In this document: positions 10,745 to 24,469 of the stretch, piece by piece
Position numbering within the stretch: position 1 is the stretch's first letter
Layout of the letters: each line of letters begins with the position of its first letter
Source of the DNA: Heptranchias perlo
Taxonomy: Eukaryota
NCBI RefSeq assembly: GCF_035084215.1
Contig: NC_090335.1
Coordinates: 47,554,001 to 47,618,000 of the forward strand
Direction: 5' to 3'
DNA length: 64,000 nt
The notes under the pieces: model-generated
What the model saw: the letters and a program-made list of their open reading frames with translations, nothing else
What the model was told of the DNA's origin: nothing
Database searches by the model: none
Made by a program: the position numbers and the translations under genes

Positions 10745-13700
10745 TGTTGCCTCCCTGGTGCTAGGGTCAAGGATGCCACGGAGTGGCTGCAGGACATTCT
10801 GAAGGGGGAGGGTGAACAGCCAGAGGTCGTGGTCCATATCGGTACCAACAACATCGGTAAAAAAAGGGATGAGGTCCTGCAAGGAGAATACAGGGAGTTA
10901 GGAAATAAATTAAAAAGCAGGACCTCTAAGGTTGTAATCTCAGGATTGCTCCCAGTGCCACGTGCTAGCAAGAGCAGAAATAGGAGAATAGACCAGATGA
11001 ATGCGTGGCTTGAGAGATGGTGTAGGAGGGAGGGGTTTAAATTCCTGAGGCAATGGAACCGATTCTGGGAAAGTCAAGACCTGTACAAGCTGGACGGGTT
11101 GCACCCAAGCAGAACTGGGACCAATATCCTCGCAGGGGCATTTGCTAGTTCTGTTGGGGAGGGTTTAAACTAGTATGGCTGGGGGATGGAAACCAAAGGG
11201 CAGGTACAGATAGACAAATTCAGACCAGGAAACGGGAAATAGAAAAGCAGTTAGTGACGTAGTTAGCGACTCAGAAAGGCAAAAGAACCAAAGGTTAAAT
11301 AGTGTTCAGCGCAGGAATTTGACGGGATAAAGGGTATATACTTCAATGCAAGGAGTATTACAAATAAAGCAGATAAGCTAAGGACACAGATCGACACATG
11401 GCAGCATGATATCATTGCTATAATGGAAACCTGGCTTAAAGAGGGGGATAATTGGAAGCTCAATATCCCTGGATATAGAGTTGTCAGATAGGATAGAGTG
11501 GGTGATAAAAAAGGAGGGGGGTAGCATTATTGGTTAAAGAATCAATTACAGTTGTGAGAAGGGATGATATGCTAAATGGATCGTCAATTGAGGCCATACA
11601 GGTTGAGCTAAAATAAAAAAGGGGCAGTCACACTACTAGGAGTGTACTATAGACCCCCGAATAGCGAAAGGGAGATAGAAGAAGAAATATGTAGGCAAAT
11701 TTCTGAGTGCAAAAATAAGAGGGCAATAATAGTAGGGGACTTCAACTACCCTAACATCAACTGGGATTCAAACAATGTGAGGGGCAGAGAGGGCGCAAAA
11801 TTCTTGATCGGTGTTCAGGAGAACTTTTTTATCCAGTACGTGACAAGCCCAACAAGAGGGGATGCAATTCTAGATTTAGTCCTGGGAAATGAAGATGGGC
11901 AAGTGGGTGAAGTGACAGTGGGTGGCCATATTGGGGATAGTGACCACAATTCAGTTAGATTTAGCATTATTATGGAAAAGGACAGAGATAAATCAGGAGT
12001 AAACGCTTTAAATTGGGGGATGGCAAATTTTACAAAACTAAGAGGTGATTTGGCAGAAGTGGACTGGACACAACTACATGAGGAGAAATCAGTGGCAAGC
12101 CATTGGGAGGCACTAAAAAGTGAAATTCTACAGGTACAATGCAGAAACGTCCCCTCAAAGAAAAAGGGTGGCACTGCCAAATCTAGAGCCCCCTGGTTGT
12201 CCAGAAGTATACGGGGCAAGATAAAGCAGAAAAAGAAAGCTTATGACTGTCACAGAAGACTAAATACTGCAGAAAGCCGAGAGGAGTATAGAAAGTACAG
12301 GGATGACTAAAAAAGGAAATAAGGAAAGCAAAGAGAGGGCATGAAAAAATATTAGCTAGTAAGATTAAAGAAAAGCCAAAGATGTTTTATCAGTACATTA
12401 AGAACAAGAGGATAGCTAAGGAAAAGATGGGACCAATCAGGGATGATGAAGGTAACTTGTGTGTAGAAGCAGAGGATGTGGGTAAGGTTTTAAATGAATA
12501 TTTTGTCTCCGTATTCATAAAGGAAAGGGATTATCCGGATGTAGTAGTTAAAGAGGAGAGGTGTGACATATTGGATAAGGTAAACATAATGAGAGAGGAA
12601 GTACTAGAGGGACTGGAATCCTTGAAAGTTGATAAGTCACCAGGGCCGAATGGATTGTTTCCTAGGCTATTGAAGGAAGCCAGGGAGGAAATAGCGGATG
12701 CTCTGAGGATCATTTTCCAATCCTCACTAAATACAGGGGAGGTACCGGAGGAGTTCAGAAGAATGAGAGGCGATCTTATTGAAACATATAAGATTGTGAA
12801 GGGGCTTGATCGGGTGGATGCGGTAAGGATGTTCCCAAGGATGGGTGAAACTAGAACGAGTAAAGGGAATTAGGGGTTACGGGGAGCGGGCAGGAAATTG
12901 GACATGATTTTAGATTTGAGGTTAGGATCAGATCAGCCATGATCTTATTGAATGGCGGAGCAGGCTCGAGGGGCCGATTGGCCTACTCCTGCTCCTATTT
13001 CTTATGTTCTTATGTTCTTATGACTGGAAGACTGCAAACGTAGTACCATTGTTTAAAAAGAGTACAAGGGAAAGGCTGAACAATTATAGGCCGGTCAGTC
13101 TTACCTCGGTGGTGAGCAAACTATTCGAATCAATACTGAGAGATAGGATAAACTGTCACTTGGAAAGGCATGGTTTAATCAGGGATAGTCAGCATGGATT
13201 TGTTCAGGGAAGGCATGCCTTACAAATCTGATTGAATTCTTTGAGGAAGTGACAAGGAGGATTGATGAGGGTAGTGTAGTCGATGTTGTCTACATGGATT
13301 TTAGTAAGGCATTTGACAAGGTCCCACATGGCAGACTGGTCAGAAAGGTAAAAGGGCATGGAATATAGGGAAATGTGGCGAATTGGATCCAAAATTGGCT
13401 CAGTAACAGGAAACAAAGGATAAAAGTCGATGGATGTCTTTGCGAATGGAAATCCGTTTCCAGCGGTGTGCTACAGGGCTCAGTGTTGGGTCCCTTGCTG
13501 TTTATGGTATATATTAATGATCTGGGCTTGAATATAGGGGGCATGATTGGCAAATTTGCAGACGACCCAAAAATTAGCCGTGTAGTTGATAGTGAAGAGG
13601 ATAGCTGTAGACTCCAAGAAGATATCAATGGGTTGGTGGAGTGGGCGGAAAAGTGGCAAATGGAGTTCAACCCAGAGAAGTGTGAGGTAATGCACTTAGG

Positions 13701-14481
13701 GAGGGCAAACAGTCAAAGGGAATACACAGTAAATGGGAATATATTGAGAGGGGTAGAGGAAGTGAGAGACCTTGGAGTGCATGTGCACAGGTCCCTGAAG
13801 GTGGCAGTACAGGTAGATAAGATTGTGAAGAAGGCATACGGAATGCTCTCCGTTATTAGCCGAGGTATAGAATACAAAAGCAGGGATGTAATGATGGAAC
13901 TGTATAAAACGCTGATAAGGCCACAGCTGGAGTATTGTGTGCAGTTCTGGTCACCACATTACAGGAAGGACGTAATTGCTCTGGAGAGAGTGCAGAGAAG
14001 ATTTGCAAGAATGTTGCCAGGGCTTGAAAATTGCAGCTACGAGGAGAGATTGGATAGGCTGGGGTTGTTTTCCTTGGAGTAGAGGAGGCTGAGGGGAGAC
14101 TTGATTGAGGTGTACAAAATTATGAGGGGCCTAGATAGAGTAGACAGGAAGTACCTGTTTCCCCTAGCGGAGAGTTCAAGAACTAGAGGACATAGATTTA
14201 ATCTGATTGGCGGAAGGATTCGATGGGACATGAGAAAAACTTTTTTACCCAGAGGGTGATGGGTGTATGGAATTCGCAGCCCGAATTGGTATAGAGGCAG
14301 GGACCCTCAACTCTTTTAAAAAGTACCTGGACCTGCACCTAAAGTGCTGTCAGCTGCAGGGCTATGGACCGGGTGCTGGAAGGTAGGATTAGAATGGTCA
14401 CCTGGTTGTTCTTCGAGCCAGTGCGGACACGATGGTCCGAATGGCCCCCTTCTGTGCTGTATCTTTTCTATGGTTCTATGG
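10745..14481 (+). mobile_element. Near full-length CR1 LINE (ORF1 SGNH esterase, ORF2 APE endonuclease + RT), decayed
   Basis: CLPGARV..VVVHIGTN..DGLH; YYRPP..IIVGDFN..SDHN; QGSVLGP..KFADD; ttctatgg tail. Confidence 0.95.
12751..13021 (+). mobile_element. Short young CR1 nested in CR1 RT
   Basis: interrupts GEVPE|DWKTANV; nearly identical to 2958-3065 plus 3227-3468. Confidence 0.9.
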
Positions 14482-15259
14482 CTCAGTCATTTTTGAAGGC
14501 TTGAGCGGTCGAACTGTTAGGAGTCAGGTTTTCAACTGGAGTCACCGGTTTGAATTATCTCTCCATCAAAAAGTTCTGCACAAACAATCTCCTTGAGCAA
14601 AGGAATCATCATAAGCGTTTCTGGGAAATCAGCATTTGTGTGTGAAAATACTGGCTACTGCACATTTCTGGCCCGCAGCCAATGCATGAGAGATGGGAAC
14701 TCCCCCTATGGCTGCCTTTGCTAAGCGTTGGCTACGGGCAACCTTGATTTTGATTGCTGAGGGTTAATGGTTGTTGTTCATATCCATATCAGGCTGACTC
14801 AGCTGCTATGCTTTTCTTAAACACACTAGGGATGATGTCATTAAGACACTGTTATGATGGAAACAACCTTGGTTACTCATCCTGCCTGTTTTAGAAAATT
14901 GGTTCAATAATATATAAAATTAAGTTTTAGAACATAACTCCACAGCAAGTGGGGAAGCAACATTCTACTAGGTGTTCCAGTAAGTATAATACAGTGGCAT
15001 CCAGTCAGGGACTTAGGGAGACAACATAATTATGAAACACTGAAAATTGTCACCTTAGCAACAAAGTCGGCATAACTAAAAAATGCAAAAATACGAGTCT
15101 GCTGCCATTTTTACAATACAACAAGGTTTGTTATTTATTGTTTGAATAAAAACACTATCAGGATAGTGTTTGCTGTCTGTGGTATGGGGAGGTCGCTGTA
15201 ATTTACTCAGCATTGAACTGAAGGGATAAACAAACTGTTCATGATGTTCTGCTTGACCC

Positions 15260-15915
15260 TGAGCTGATCTTCAAACCTCACAACAGGGCGATCATCAAAG
15301 CAGCTAACTTCCCCTCTGGAACATCATCCACCTTCTCCTCTGATGCTGCTGAAACCTTCCATTTCACAACCTCAAAACTTAATGTCTCCAATGTTCCCTC
15401 ACTGACTTTCCCAGCTCCACCATACACAAACTTCAATTCACCTAGAACTGTAGAGCCCGATAAACTTTTCCACAATAAGTCCTGCACAACCCCCACCCCT
15501 ATCCTCGCCAATCTCCATTGGCTCCTTGTTCCCCAGTATATTCATTTCAAAATTGTTGTTCCCACCTTCAATTCTGGTCTTGCTGCACCTTGTTCTGTAA
15601 TATCTCCAGTCCTTTAGCCCAGCATACACTTTTGCTTTTCCAACTTTCGCCTTCGGCACACCCCTCCCTCCCACTGCTTCACCATCAGGAAGAGAATGTT
15701 CAGCCAGCATGCTACACATCCTGAAATTCTCTCTATAAACCTTTGTCTTGCTACCACTTTTCCTTTCAAGAAAATTCTCCCCCAAACTTAGCTCTGTGTC
15801 CATACGTCACCTTCCCTGACTTCTTTTTTACTTGATCCAGATGTTTGCAACCCCTTGTAAAGCACTTTGGGACATTTCACGTGAAAGGCACTATATAAAA
15901 ATAGATCGTTATTGT
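15260..15915 (+). mobile_element. L2 LINE 3' fragment, old
   Basis: C/T-rich decayed ORF2 end; tail gaaaggcactatataaa. Confidence 0.6.
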
Positions 15916-16151
15916 CTTTGATTTTCCTCACTCCCTGGTGTAGGTGGTCATTTTAGTTTACTGCTGGCATGTGCTGTATAAAATGATTTACAAATTAGTC
16001 ATGGTGCCAATTTCCCTGCTACCGTCTGACTTTTAAAATAAATTCTGCTTTTACAAGGCACGACATGTTAGACTAACGGTCTGACTAAGAACTGACCAAA
16101 CTAATCTTAACTGAGGCTGGCAGATTTGAATCACCTGGGTTCTCAACGTCT

Positions 16152-16314
16152 GAGAAACAGAGTTAATGTTTCAGGTCGATGATCTATCATCAGATCATCG
16201 ACCTGAAACATTAACTTTGTTTCTCTCTCCACAGATGCTGTCTGATTTGTTGAGTGTTTCCAACATTTTCTGCTTTTATTTCAGATTTCCAGCATCTGCA
16301 GTATTTTGCTTTTG
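16152..16314 (+). mobile_element. Short probable PLE-derived element with 34-bp inverted repeat and degenerate hammerhead
   Basis: arms 16152-16185 and 16192-16225 (1 mismatch); minus strand reads CTGATGA-tagatcatcgacct-GAAA-catt. Confidence 0.6.
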
Positions 16315-16879
16315 TTCAGAATATCTGATCTCTGTATTATCAAATCAGGGCTCACAAGCAAACTGTCATGCACTAGTGAACAATAGACATATTATTTTTA
16401 CAATTGCAGAACTGCAGTCAAGCTATTTTGTCCAAAGGCAATTGGATTGCCAGTGTCCAAATGAGATAACTTGTCCAGCAAGAATGATTCCTGGTCTGGT
16501 GCTTTTAAGGCACATCCAAAATTGGTCTGGTCACTTCTAGAACTAGCATGGCAATCTGTGGTCTTTTGGGTTTTGATTGGATGAAAAATGATCATTTTTT
16601 TGATGTAGGTTCCCTCTCCAAAAGGCATGATAGAACCTCAGAGGCAGAGGAAAACATATAAGTAAAGTGTTTTAGACTATAAACAATCTAGAATAGTTAG
16701 AATAGGGCACAATGTTTAAAAATAAAGTTAAAAACAAAGTTAAAATAAAATAGAGCAGAGTAAGTGGCAAAGAATGAATGGAAAGGCAAGTCAGTGCATG
16801 CAAAATTGTTTCAAATTTTTAGATTTTATATTTTAAATTATATTTGAGTGTTTACTTTAGTTTGATAATCACTGCCCCA

Positions 16880-17740
16880 TTCCGTATTGCCCTGCAGAAT
16901 ATTTATGGATGATTCTATTGATATATTGGCACTGTCAGAAACCTGGCTTATGACCGACAATTCCTTCCCCTCATTAAAATCTCCCCACCTGCCCTGCTCA
17001 AACCACCCTAGCAATGGTGCAGCTCTGATTGTCAAGTCCCACCTCACTCCTGCACTCTCTCTTCCTTCGAGCATCTCACACACCTCCATCCCTCCCACTT
17101 CTCATTCAAAATTCTTATCATCTACTGCCCCCCAAGTCCCACATTGGTTTCCTTATCAAGCTCTCCTCCTTCCACTTCATTAGCTTCTGCACAAGTGACT
17201 CCTTATCTTCAGTGACTTCAACCTACACCAAAACTCCCCTAGCGTTCTTTCCTCTGACCACCACTCTATTATTCTCACTCAATCTCATCCTTCATATAAA
17301 CTCCCCAAAGCATATCCATAGCCACTCCTTGGCCATAGGTTCTCTCTACACCCGAGGCCTAAATCATTGATAAGGCCATCTCTACTATTCCCTCCCCTTC
17401 CTCTCCTCCTCTGCTGCCCTCAGCCTTCTAACGACTTCAGCCCTGAACCCTCATCACTTTGCAGTTTCTCCCCATCATGCTTTCCAAACTCATCACTTTT
17501 GTGAGATCCACTTCCTACTGCCTCGACCTGCTCTCTCTATGCCACTCCTGGTCACTGAACTGCCCTTCCTGGTTCTCATGGGGCTTGACATTATTCACAA
17601 TTGCCTTTTTCTGACACTGTCCTTGTCCCCTTGAAAATGCTGTCATCAACCCTACTGTTAAAAAGCTCACCATCAGCTATCCATCCTTTCTAACTATCAC
17701 CCCATCTCTAATTTCCTTTTGCATTCCCTAATATTTGAAG
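16880..17740 (+). mobile_element. L2-like LINE fragment, old
   Basis: DILALSETWL endonuclease motif; C/T-rich; decayed NYxPIS-like motif near 17690. Confidence 0.55.
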
Positions 17741-19059
17741 CACGTCGATACAAGTTATTACATTGCTGTTGTTTGTTTACCAAACTTATATAAAGTCTCT
17801 CATCGTAGTTCGAACACTATACTGGCTGGAGTGGAGTGTGCACACCAATGACAAGGCTCTATTGATGGAAAGTGAAGAAGAAAAGAAAGGGTGATTGTGT
17901 CTGTGTTTGGTGTGGTTTTGGTGCATATAAACTTCAGACAAAATGCATAATAAACGGATTCAACTGTCATCTTCATTGACCAATAGTGCGTACATGTGGA
18001 AAACAATTACTCCATTCACCTCCTTCAATCCTTTAGGGATTGAATGTGACTTAAACAGGACTCTGTATATGAAGGCACTTAAGACATGCAGCTTATTGAC
18101 TGTAATAAACCAGCTGATAAAATTGGAACTTATACCTGTCCAGTACATTTATATATATTTACATGTATTGAATGAAATTTCAGTTGATACATGTCTTGAT
18201 AAGTATCAAGTAATCATGATTGAGGATCTAATTCTGAAATGTTCTTAGATTAATTATATACATACAGTCCAGGATTAGTAGAAACTTATTCTGTGAGAAA
18301 TATGATGACATGATAAGAACTTCAAATGACAACTTGTAGGTTCCATGAATTACCAATGTGTATGTTAGAATGTAGTATTTTTCTCAATTGATCCTGTTAC
18401 TAGATTTGAATGTTACATTGTGATTACAGCCATAAACTATTGAATAAATCAACCTTTATCATTTTTCAAAATTGAATGGAGGAATTGTTTTTTAAAATGC
18501 ACACGCTACTGGGCATTGAAGATGCCAATTGATGCCATTTACTGTACAAGTTTTCTAAAGTTTGAATATTAAACAGAATTATCAACATTGGACAAATTGT
18601 TAGCATAAAAGTTTCAGGTGCTGATTTGTGCCAATATATAAACATAGTTAAAAATGACAAGCTGTATCTCTCACAGAAGCTGCAGGGTTGAGCAAGTAAC
18701 ATTAATATAGATTACTTCTCTCCTCTCGCATCCTTTTTTTCTTAATTTATCTCTTTTTCTCTCATTCATTCGTTCTCGCTCTCTTTTTTCCTCTCTTTCT
18801 CTCCTTATAGCCTGCCTGGCTGCAGGTGTTGCGAGTGTTTCCTCATGAATAGTAAAAGTCCTTTATTAAAGTGCTTTATTAAAACTACAGCCCATAGTTG
18901 CCTTTATTTCATAGATATCTTTAACAATTCCCAGTTCTTTAACAACTCCCAGTCACCCATATATATCCTCACCTCTATATTAAGATAGTGACAGCCTTGC
19001 TGTTATGCTCTTATACAAGTTATGGAACTTCTTACAAATCCTCTAAGTGGTTTCCCCAG

Positions 19060-21610
19060 TGTTTTTATCAGTGCAAGTTTGAGGAAGTGATATCCGAAGT
19101 GGACTGTGGAACCCTACAACATGATGTACCTTGATTTCCAAAAAACATTTGACATTTCCACATGAAAGATTACTACTTAGGCTTCAAACAATGAGGAGTT
19201 CAAGGTAAAACTTGAGGATGGTTAAGAAATTGGTGAAGGGTAGGAAAGAGCAGGTATTTGTTAAAATAGTTATGTCTGGAGGGCACTAGGGGAAGTAGTG
19301 CTGAGTAAAATGTCCCAGGTATCAGTTGTGGGACCCAGACTGTCTCTAGTGTACATTAATAACTTGGATCAGAAGCTCAAACAGGTCACATTTGTAGATG
19401 GTAACAAATTAGAAGGGGATCATAGAATCATAGAAAGGTTACAGCACGGAAGGAGGCCATTCGGCCCATCAAGTCCGCGCCGGCTCTATGCAAGTGCAAT
19501 CCAGCTAGTCCCACTCCCCGTAGCCCTGCAATTATTTACTTTCAAGTACTTATCCAGTTCCCTTTTGAAGGCCATGATTGATTCTGCCTCCACCATCCCC
19601 TCGGGCAGTACATTCCAGATCCACTTGCTGTGTAAAAAAGTTTATCCTCATGACATCTTTGGTTCTTTTGCCAATCACCTTAAATCTATGTCCTCTAGTC
19701 CTTGACCCTTCCACCAATGGAAACAATTTCTCTTTAGCTACTCTGTCTAGACCCTTCATGATTTTGAATACCTCTATCAAATCTCCTCGCAACCATCTCT
19801 GTTCCAAGGAGAACAACCACAGCTTCTCCAGTCTATCTGCGTATCTAAAGTCCCTCATCCCTGGAATCATTCTAATAAATCTCTTCTGCACCCTCTCTAA
19901 GGCCTTCACATCTTTCCTGAAGTGTGGTGTCCAGAGCTGGACGCAATACTCAAGTTGTGGCCGAACCAGTGTTTTATAAAGATTCATCATGATTTCCAAA
20001 CTTTTGTACTCTATGCCTCTATTTATAAAGCCCAGGATCCCATATGCTTTTTTAACCGCTTTTTCAACCTGCCCTGCCACCTTCAACAATTTGTGCACAT
20101 ATACCCCCAGATCTCTCTGTTCCTGTACCCCTTTTAGAGTTGTGCCCTCTAGTTTATATTGCCTCTCCTCATTCTACCGAAATGTATCACTTCACATTTT
20201 TCTGCGTTAAATTTCACCTGTCACGTGTCCGTCCATGCCACCATGCCTATCTATATCCTCTTGAAGTCTATCACTATCCTCCTCGCTATTTACTACCCTT
20301 CCAAGTTTTGTGTCATCTGCAAATTTTGAAATTGTGTCCTGTACTCCCAAGTTCAAGTCACCAACATATATCTAGAAAAGCAGTGGTCCCAGCACTGACC
20401 ACTGGGGAACACCACTGTACACCTCCCTCCAGTCCGAAAAACAACCAACCATTCACCACTACTCTCTGTTTCCTGTCCATTAGCCAATTCTGTATCCATG
20501 CTGCTACTGCCCCCTTTATTCCATGTGCTTCAATCTTGATGATAAGCCTACCGTGCCGCACTTTATCAAATGCCTTTTGAAAGTCCATATACACCACATC
20601 GACTGCATTGCCCTCATCTATCCTCTCTGTTACCGCATCAAAAAACTCTATCAGGTTAGTTAAACACGATTTGCCTTTAACAAATCCGTGCTGGCTTTTG
20701 CTAATCAATCCACCCTCGTCCAAGTGACTGTTAATTCTGTCCCAGATTATCATTTCTAAAAGTTTCCCTACCATTGAGGTTAAACTGACTGGCCTATAGT
20801 TGCTGGGTTTATCCTTACATCCTTTTTTGAACAAGGGTGTAACATTTGCAATTCTCCAGTCCTGTGGCACCACCCCCGTATCTACGGATGTTTGGAAGAT
20901 TATGGCCAGTAGCTCCGCAATTTCCACCCTTACTTCTCTCAGCAACCTAGGATGCATCCCATCAGGACCAGGTGACTTATCTACTTTAAATACAGCTAGC
21001 CTTTCAAGTACCTCTTCTTTATCAATTTTTAGCCCATCCAGTATCTCAACCAAATCTTCCTTTACTGAGACTCTGGCAGCATCTTCTTCCTTGGTAAAGA
21101 CAGATGCAAAGTACTCATTTAGTACCTCAGCCATCCCCTCTGCCTCCAAGAGTAGATCTCTTTTATGATCCCTAATCGGCCCCCACCGATGGCTCAGTAC
21201 CTACAAAATTATTTGGACAAAATATGTAACTGAGTGGAACAATAGCAGATGAGATTCCATACAGACAAATGTAAAGCACTGTACATAGGAATAAAACAAA
21301 ATGGAAAACATAAGTACTCCATGGAATCTGTTGAAATAGCTAAGGAGTAACAAGGAACGTGATCATGGGGTTTTAGTACACTTGATGCCACATATGTCCA
21401 ATCACTGTGTGATAGCAATCAAGCAAAGCAAATAGAATGCTGAATTATACAGCCAAAGCAGTAGAGTACAAGTTGGAAGAAGTCATGCTTAGCTGTACAG
21501 TGCTCTGGTTAGGCTGCATTTTGTGTACTGTGCCCAATTTTGGCCACTAATACACAAAGAAGACATTACAACAATGAAGACCGTTCAGAAAAGGGATACA
21601 AAACTGATTT
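19060..21610 (+). mobile_element. Old CR1 RT fragment split by a younger CR1
   Basis: YLDFQK.FD / VVGP..YINNLD remnants at 19120-19420, continuing at 21190-21610. Confidence 0.6.
19421..21187 (-). mobile_element. CR1 LINE (RT to 3' end)
   Basis: ORFs 20358-21149 and 19550-20098; ttctatga tail. Confidence 0.95.
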
Positions 21611-21689
21611 AATGGGGTAATTTTAACATAACCCACCCAAAGGAAAACGAATGGGATCGGGTTGGCCATCTGTTTTACACCTTGCGTGA

Positions 21690-22362
21690 TTTTATCATTC
21701 TGGTAAATCTGCCTTGCACCCCCTTCAAAGTATGTCCTTTCTGAGGTGCAGTGCCCAGAACTGAAAGCAGTACTGCAGATGGGGTCTAACCAGAGCTCTG
21801 TACAGCTGTAACATAACTTCCACCCCTTTGTATTCCAGCCCCCTTGAGGTAAAGGCCAACATTCCATTAACCTTTTAAATTATTTTTTGTACCTACCCAC
21901 TAGCATTTAGTGATTTCTGTACTTGGACCCCTAAATCTCGCTGCTCATCCACAGTTCTTAGCTTCTTGCCTTTTAGAAAATACTCTGATCTTTCCTCCTT
22001 AGGTCCAAAGTGGATGACCTTACACTTTCCCACATTGAACTCCATCTGCCACAGTTTTGCCCATTCACTTAATCTATCAATGTCGCTTTGTAACTTTCTG
22101 CTCCCATTTACAATATTTACTGTGCCACCCAACTTAGTGTCATCAGCAAACATAGTTATATTGCTCTCTATTCCTTCATCCAAGTCATTTCTAAATATAG
22201 TGAAAAACCGTGGTCCCAGTACGGAGCCCTGGGGGTCACCACTATTTACATCCTGCCAATTTGAGTACATACCCATTACGCCTACTTTCTGTCTCCTATC
22301 TCCTAACCAATTCCCTATCCAAGCCAATAGGTTGCCTCCAATTCCATGCACTCCCATTTTTG
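21690..22362 (-). mobile_element. CR1 LINE RT fragment
   Basis: PQGSVLGP..FADDTKLGG..WQMEFN. Confidence 0.9.
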
Positions 22363-22369
22363 TAAACAC

Positions 22370-22600
22370 CAAGAGAACTCCCCTGCTGTTCTTCAAATAG
22401 TCCCATTGGATCTTTTAAGTTCATCTGAGAGGCCAGGTGGAACCTTGGCTCATCTGACGAACAACACCTCCGAAAGTACAACACTCCCTCAGTACTGCAC
22501 TGAAGTGCCAGCCTAAATTATGTGCTTGTTGCTGGAGTGGGGCTTGAACCCACGACCTGCCGGCTCAGGCCAGAGTGCTACCACTGAGCCAATGCTATCA
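22370..22600 (-). mobile_element. Deu-type tRNA SINE
   Basis: reverse complement of the 3655 family with A box and B box (ggttcaagcc). Confidence 0.75.
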
Positions 22601-22949
22601 GCTATGAAGAGTGAATTGAGCATTATTGGAAGTGCAGCATGATCGGTTGATTTTTTCCCCCCCTGCGAATTGATTTATTTTGCACAAATTCATCCACAGC
22701 AAAATCATGCACGCTTGCCATTTTGATTTAGATTTGTTAACTTCTACAATAACATGGAAATTAACCCTTTATTTGCAGAAAAAGAGGAAAATACACGCAG
22801 AGGCAGTGAAACTCGCCCACAGCAATTTAGTGACAACGCACAATCTTAATGTACACAGTGCCAGGAGCCCATTGCTTCCAAAATATGTGTATATCAACAA
22901 ACAATAAGAACCTGTCTTCCAACTGCAGAAACAAAAGTAAAAAAATCCA

Positions 22950-23710
22950 GGGTCGTGAGGCGGGATTGCAATCCCTTGATTTTTTTTAATCGCCAAACGT
23001 CTCCGCCCGCTGAGCTAAACCCTCCCCTTTAAGAGCGCTAATTACCTGAAAGAGGGTAAAGTCTTTTTTTTGGAGCTTCCGCCTGCTTTATACGGCGAGG
23101 GATTAATGTCGATGGGGGCAGGGAATAGAAACTTCGGAAGTGCCTGACAAATGAAGCTTTTTTTTTTCTTTCCCTCCTCCCGGACGTGAAAGAAGGTTTC
23201 TACACGGAGTTTACAAAGTTTTTGTAAAAGTGTGAAGCTTCAGTTCAGAGTTTGTACTGTTGGAAAAAGTGCCACCTGGAGTCAGAGTGTGACGTGTTGG
23301 AAACCCTCCAGGAGTTAGTACTGAGGGGATTTCCCCCCCCCCTTTGCTGCGAATATTATAAGTGTTTCAGAGAAAGGCAGATCCTTGGAGAACATGGAGC
23401 GGTCGGCGTGGCTGCTGCTGGTGATGGTGAATTGGGGTAAGTTTTCCGGCGCTGCGCTCCCTGGAGCCCCCACCCCCGCGTGCCGACTCTTACTGCACTT
23501 CTTATACCGCCGACTCAAACCAATTCCTCCCATCAAAGGACCACGTTTCTGGGGCGGAAAGTATCGCCGTAGACTGGGAGGCGGTGAGCTCGAAGGAACA
23601 AGAGCCTCCTCAGCTCCGGGGATTGCGGATTATAGGTGGTTTTCATTAAATAAGCAAACACACACACACATAACCCGTCCAGAGCAGTTTGCCCCCGTTT
23701 AATGCTGCTG
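22950..23710 (+). promoter_or_regulatory. PTGFRN: CpG-rich promoter / first-exon region of PTGFRN
   Basis: local CpG enrichment in non-repeat DNA; GC boxes (ccgccc ~23002, ggggcgg ~23551); ETS-like cggaagt 23135-23141. Confidence 0.65.
23394..23436 (+). CDS. PTGFRN: PTGFRN coding exon 1 (signal peptide)
   Basis: Kozak aacATGg; MERSAWLLLVMVNW; donor G|gtaagt phase 1; joins exon 2 to give ..NWGLSSG/RIVKVP. Confidence 0.8.
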
Positions 23711-24119
23711 CTGTGATCAGAATCTTTGGTTTTTAGGTGGAGGAATTCGTATTTATTTCACAGTTAATCTAGGATCAACCTCAATGTTGTCCGATAAACT
23801 GCTGAGTCTAAGCGATGATCTTTCGGGACTGGAATTATTCAAAAGTGATTTGAGTTTACAGGTTGGTTGCGACTTGGCCTTATTTGTTGGAACCGATCCC
23901 ATGATTTCAGTCTCCTGACTCGATACGTTTTCGTGGAGATAATTTAACTTTTTTTGGCAGCGACATTTTAATGTTGTACAGGCAGGGTAAATGTGCGACT
24001 AATTTAAACAGATGCACGGTGTCACTCTACAATGACAAGCAGTTTATCACCTTCTTCTGCCCTCTGCATTCCCAATTTAAATTAAAAGCTTTCCTTTTTT
24101 TTAAGAAAAAACTATCCTT

Positions 24120-24308
24120 GTCAACCTTCATATAGGGTCAAAATCCTGGAACACCCTTTCTAACGGCACTCTAGGAGAACCTTCACCACACGGACTGCAG
24201 TGGTTCTAGAAGGCAGCTCACCACCACCTTCTCAAGGGCAATTAGGGATGGGCAATAAATGCTGGCCTTGCCAGTGACGCCCGCATCCCATGAACAAATA
24301 AAAAAAAA
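24120..24308 (+). mobile_element. LINE family B 3' fragment
   Basis: matches 56580-56760. Confidence 0.85.
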
Positions 24309-24469
24309 TAGACAGAAAACTAACCTGAGCAGCGATGGGTATAATAGTTATTTACTGTGCGGACTCAGTCACAATACATTCTCTGCCTGAGTGTTACTTG
24401 GTTGAATAACCATTGGCTAAATTATGTACAGTGGGACTCTTGGTGTGTATTTATTTCTGAACCTCATAA

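Noticed and set aside
23437-23702. Continuation of 105-aa ORF 23385-23702
   Set aside because: Read-through past a canonical gtaagt donor into intron 1
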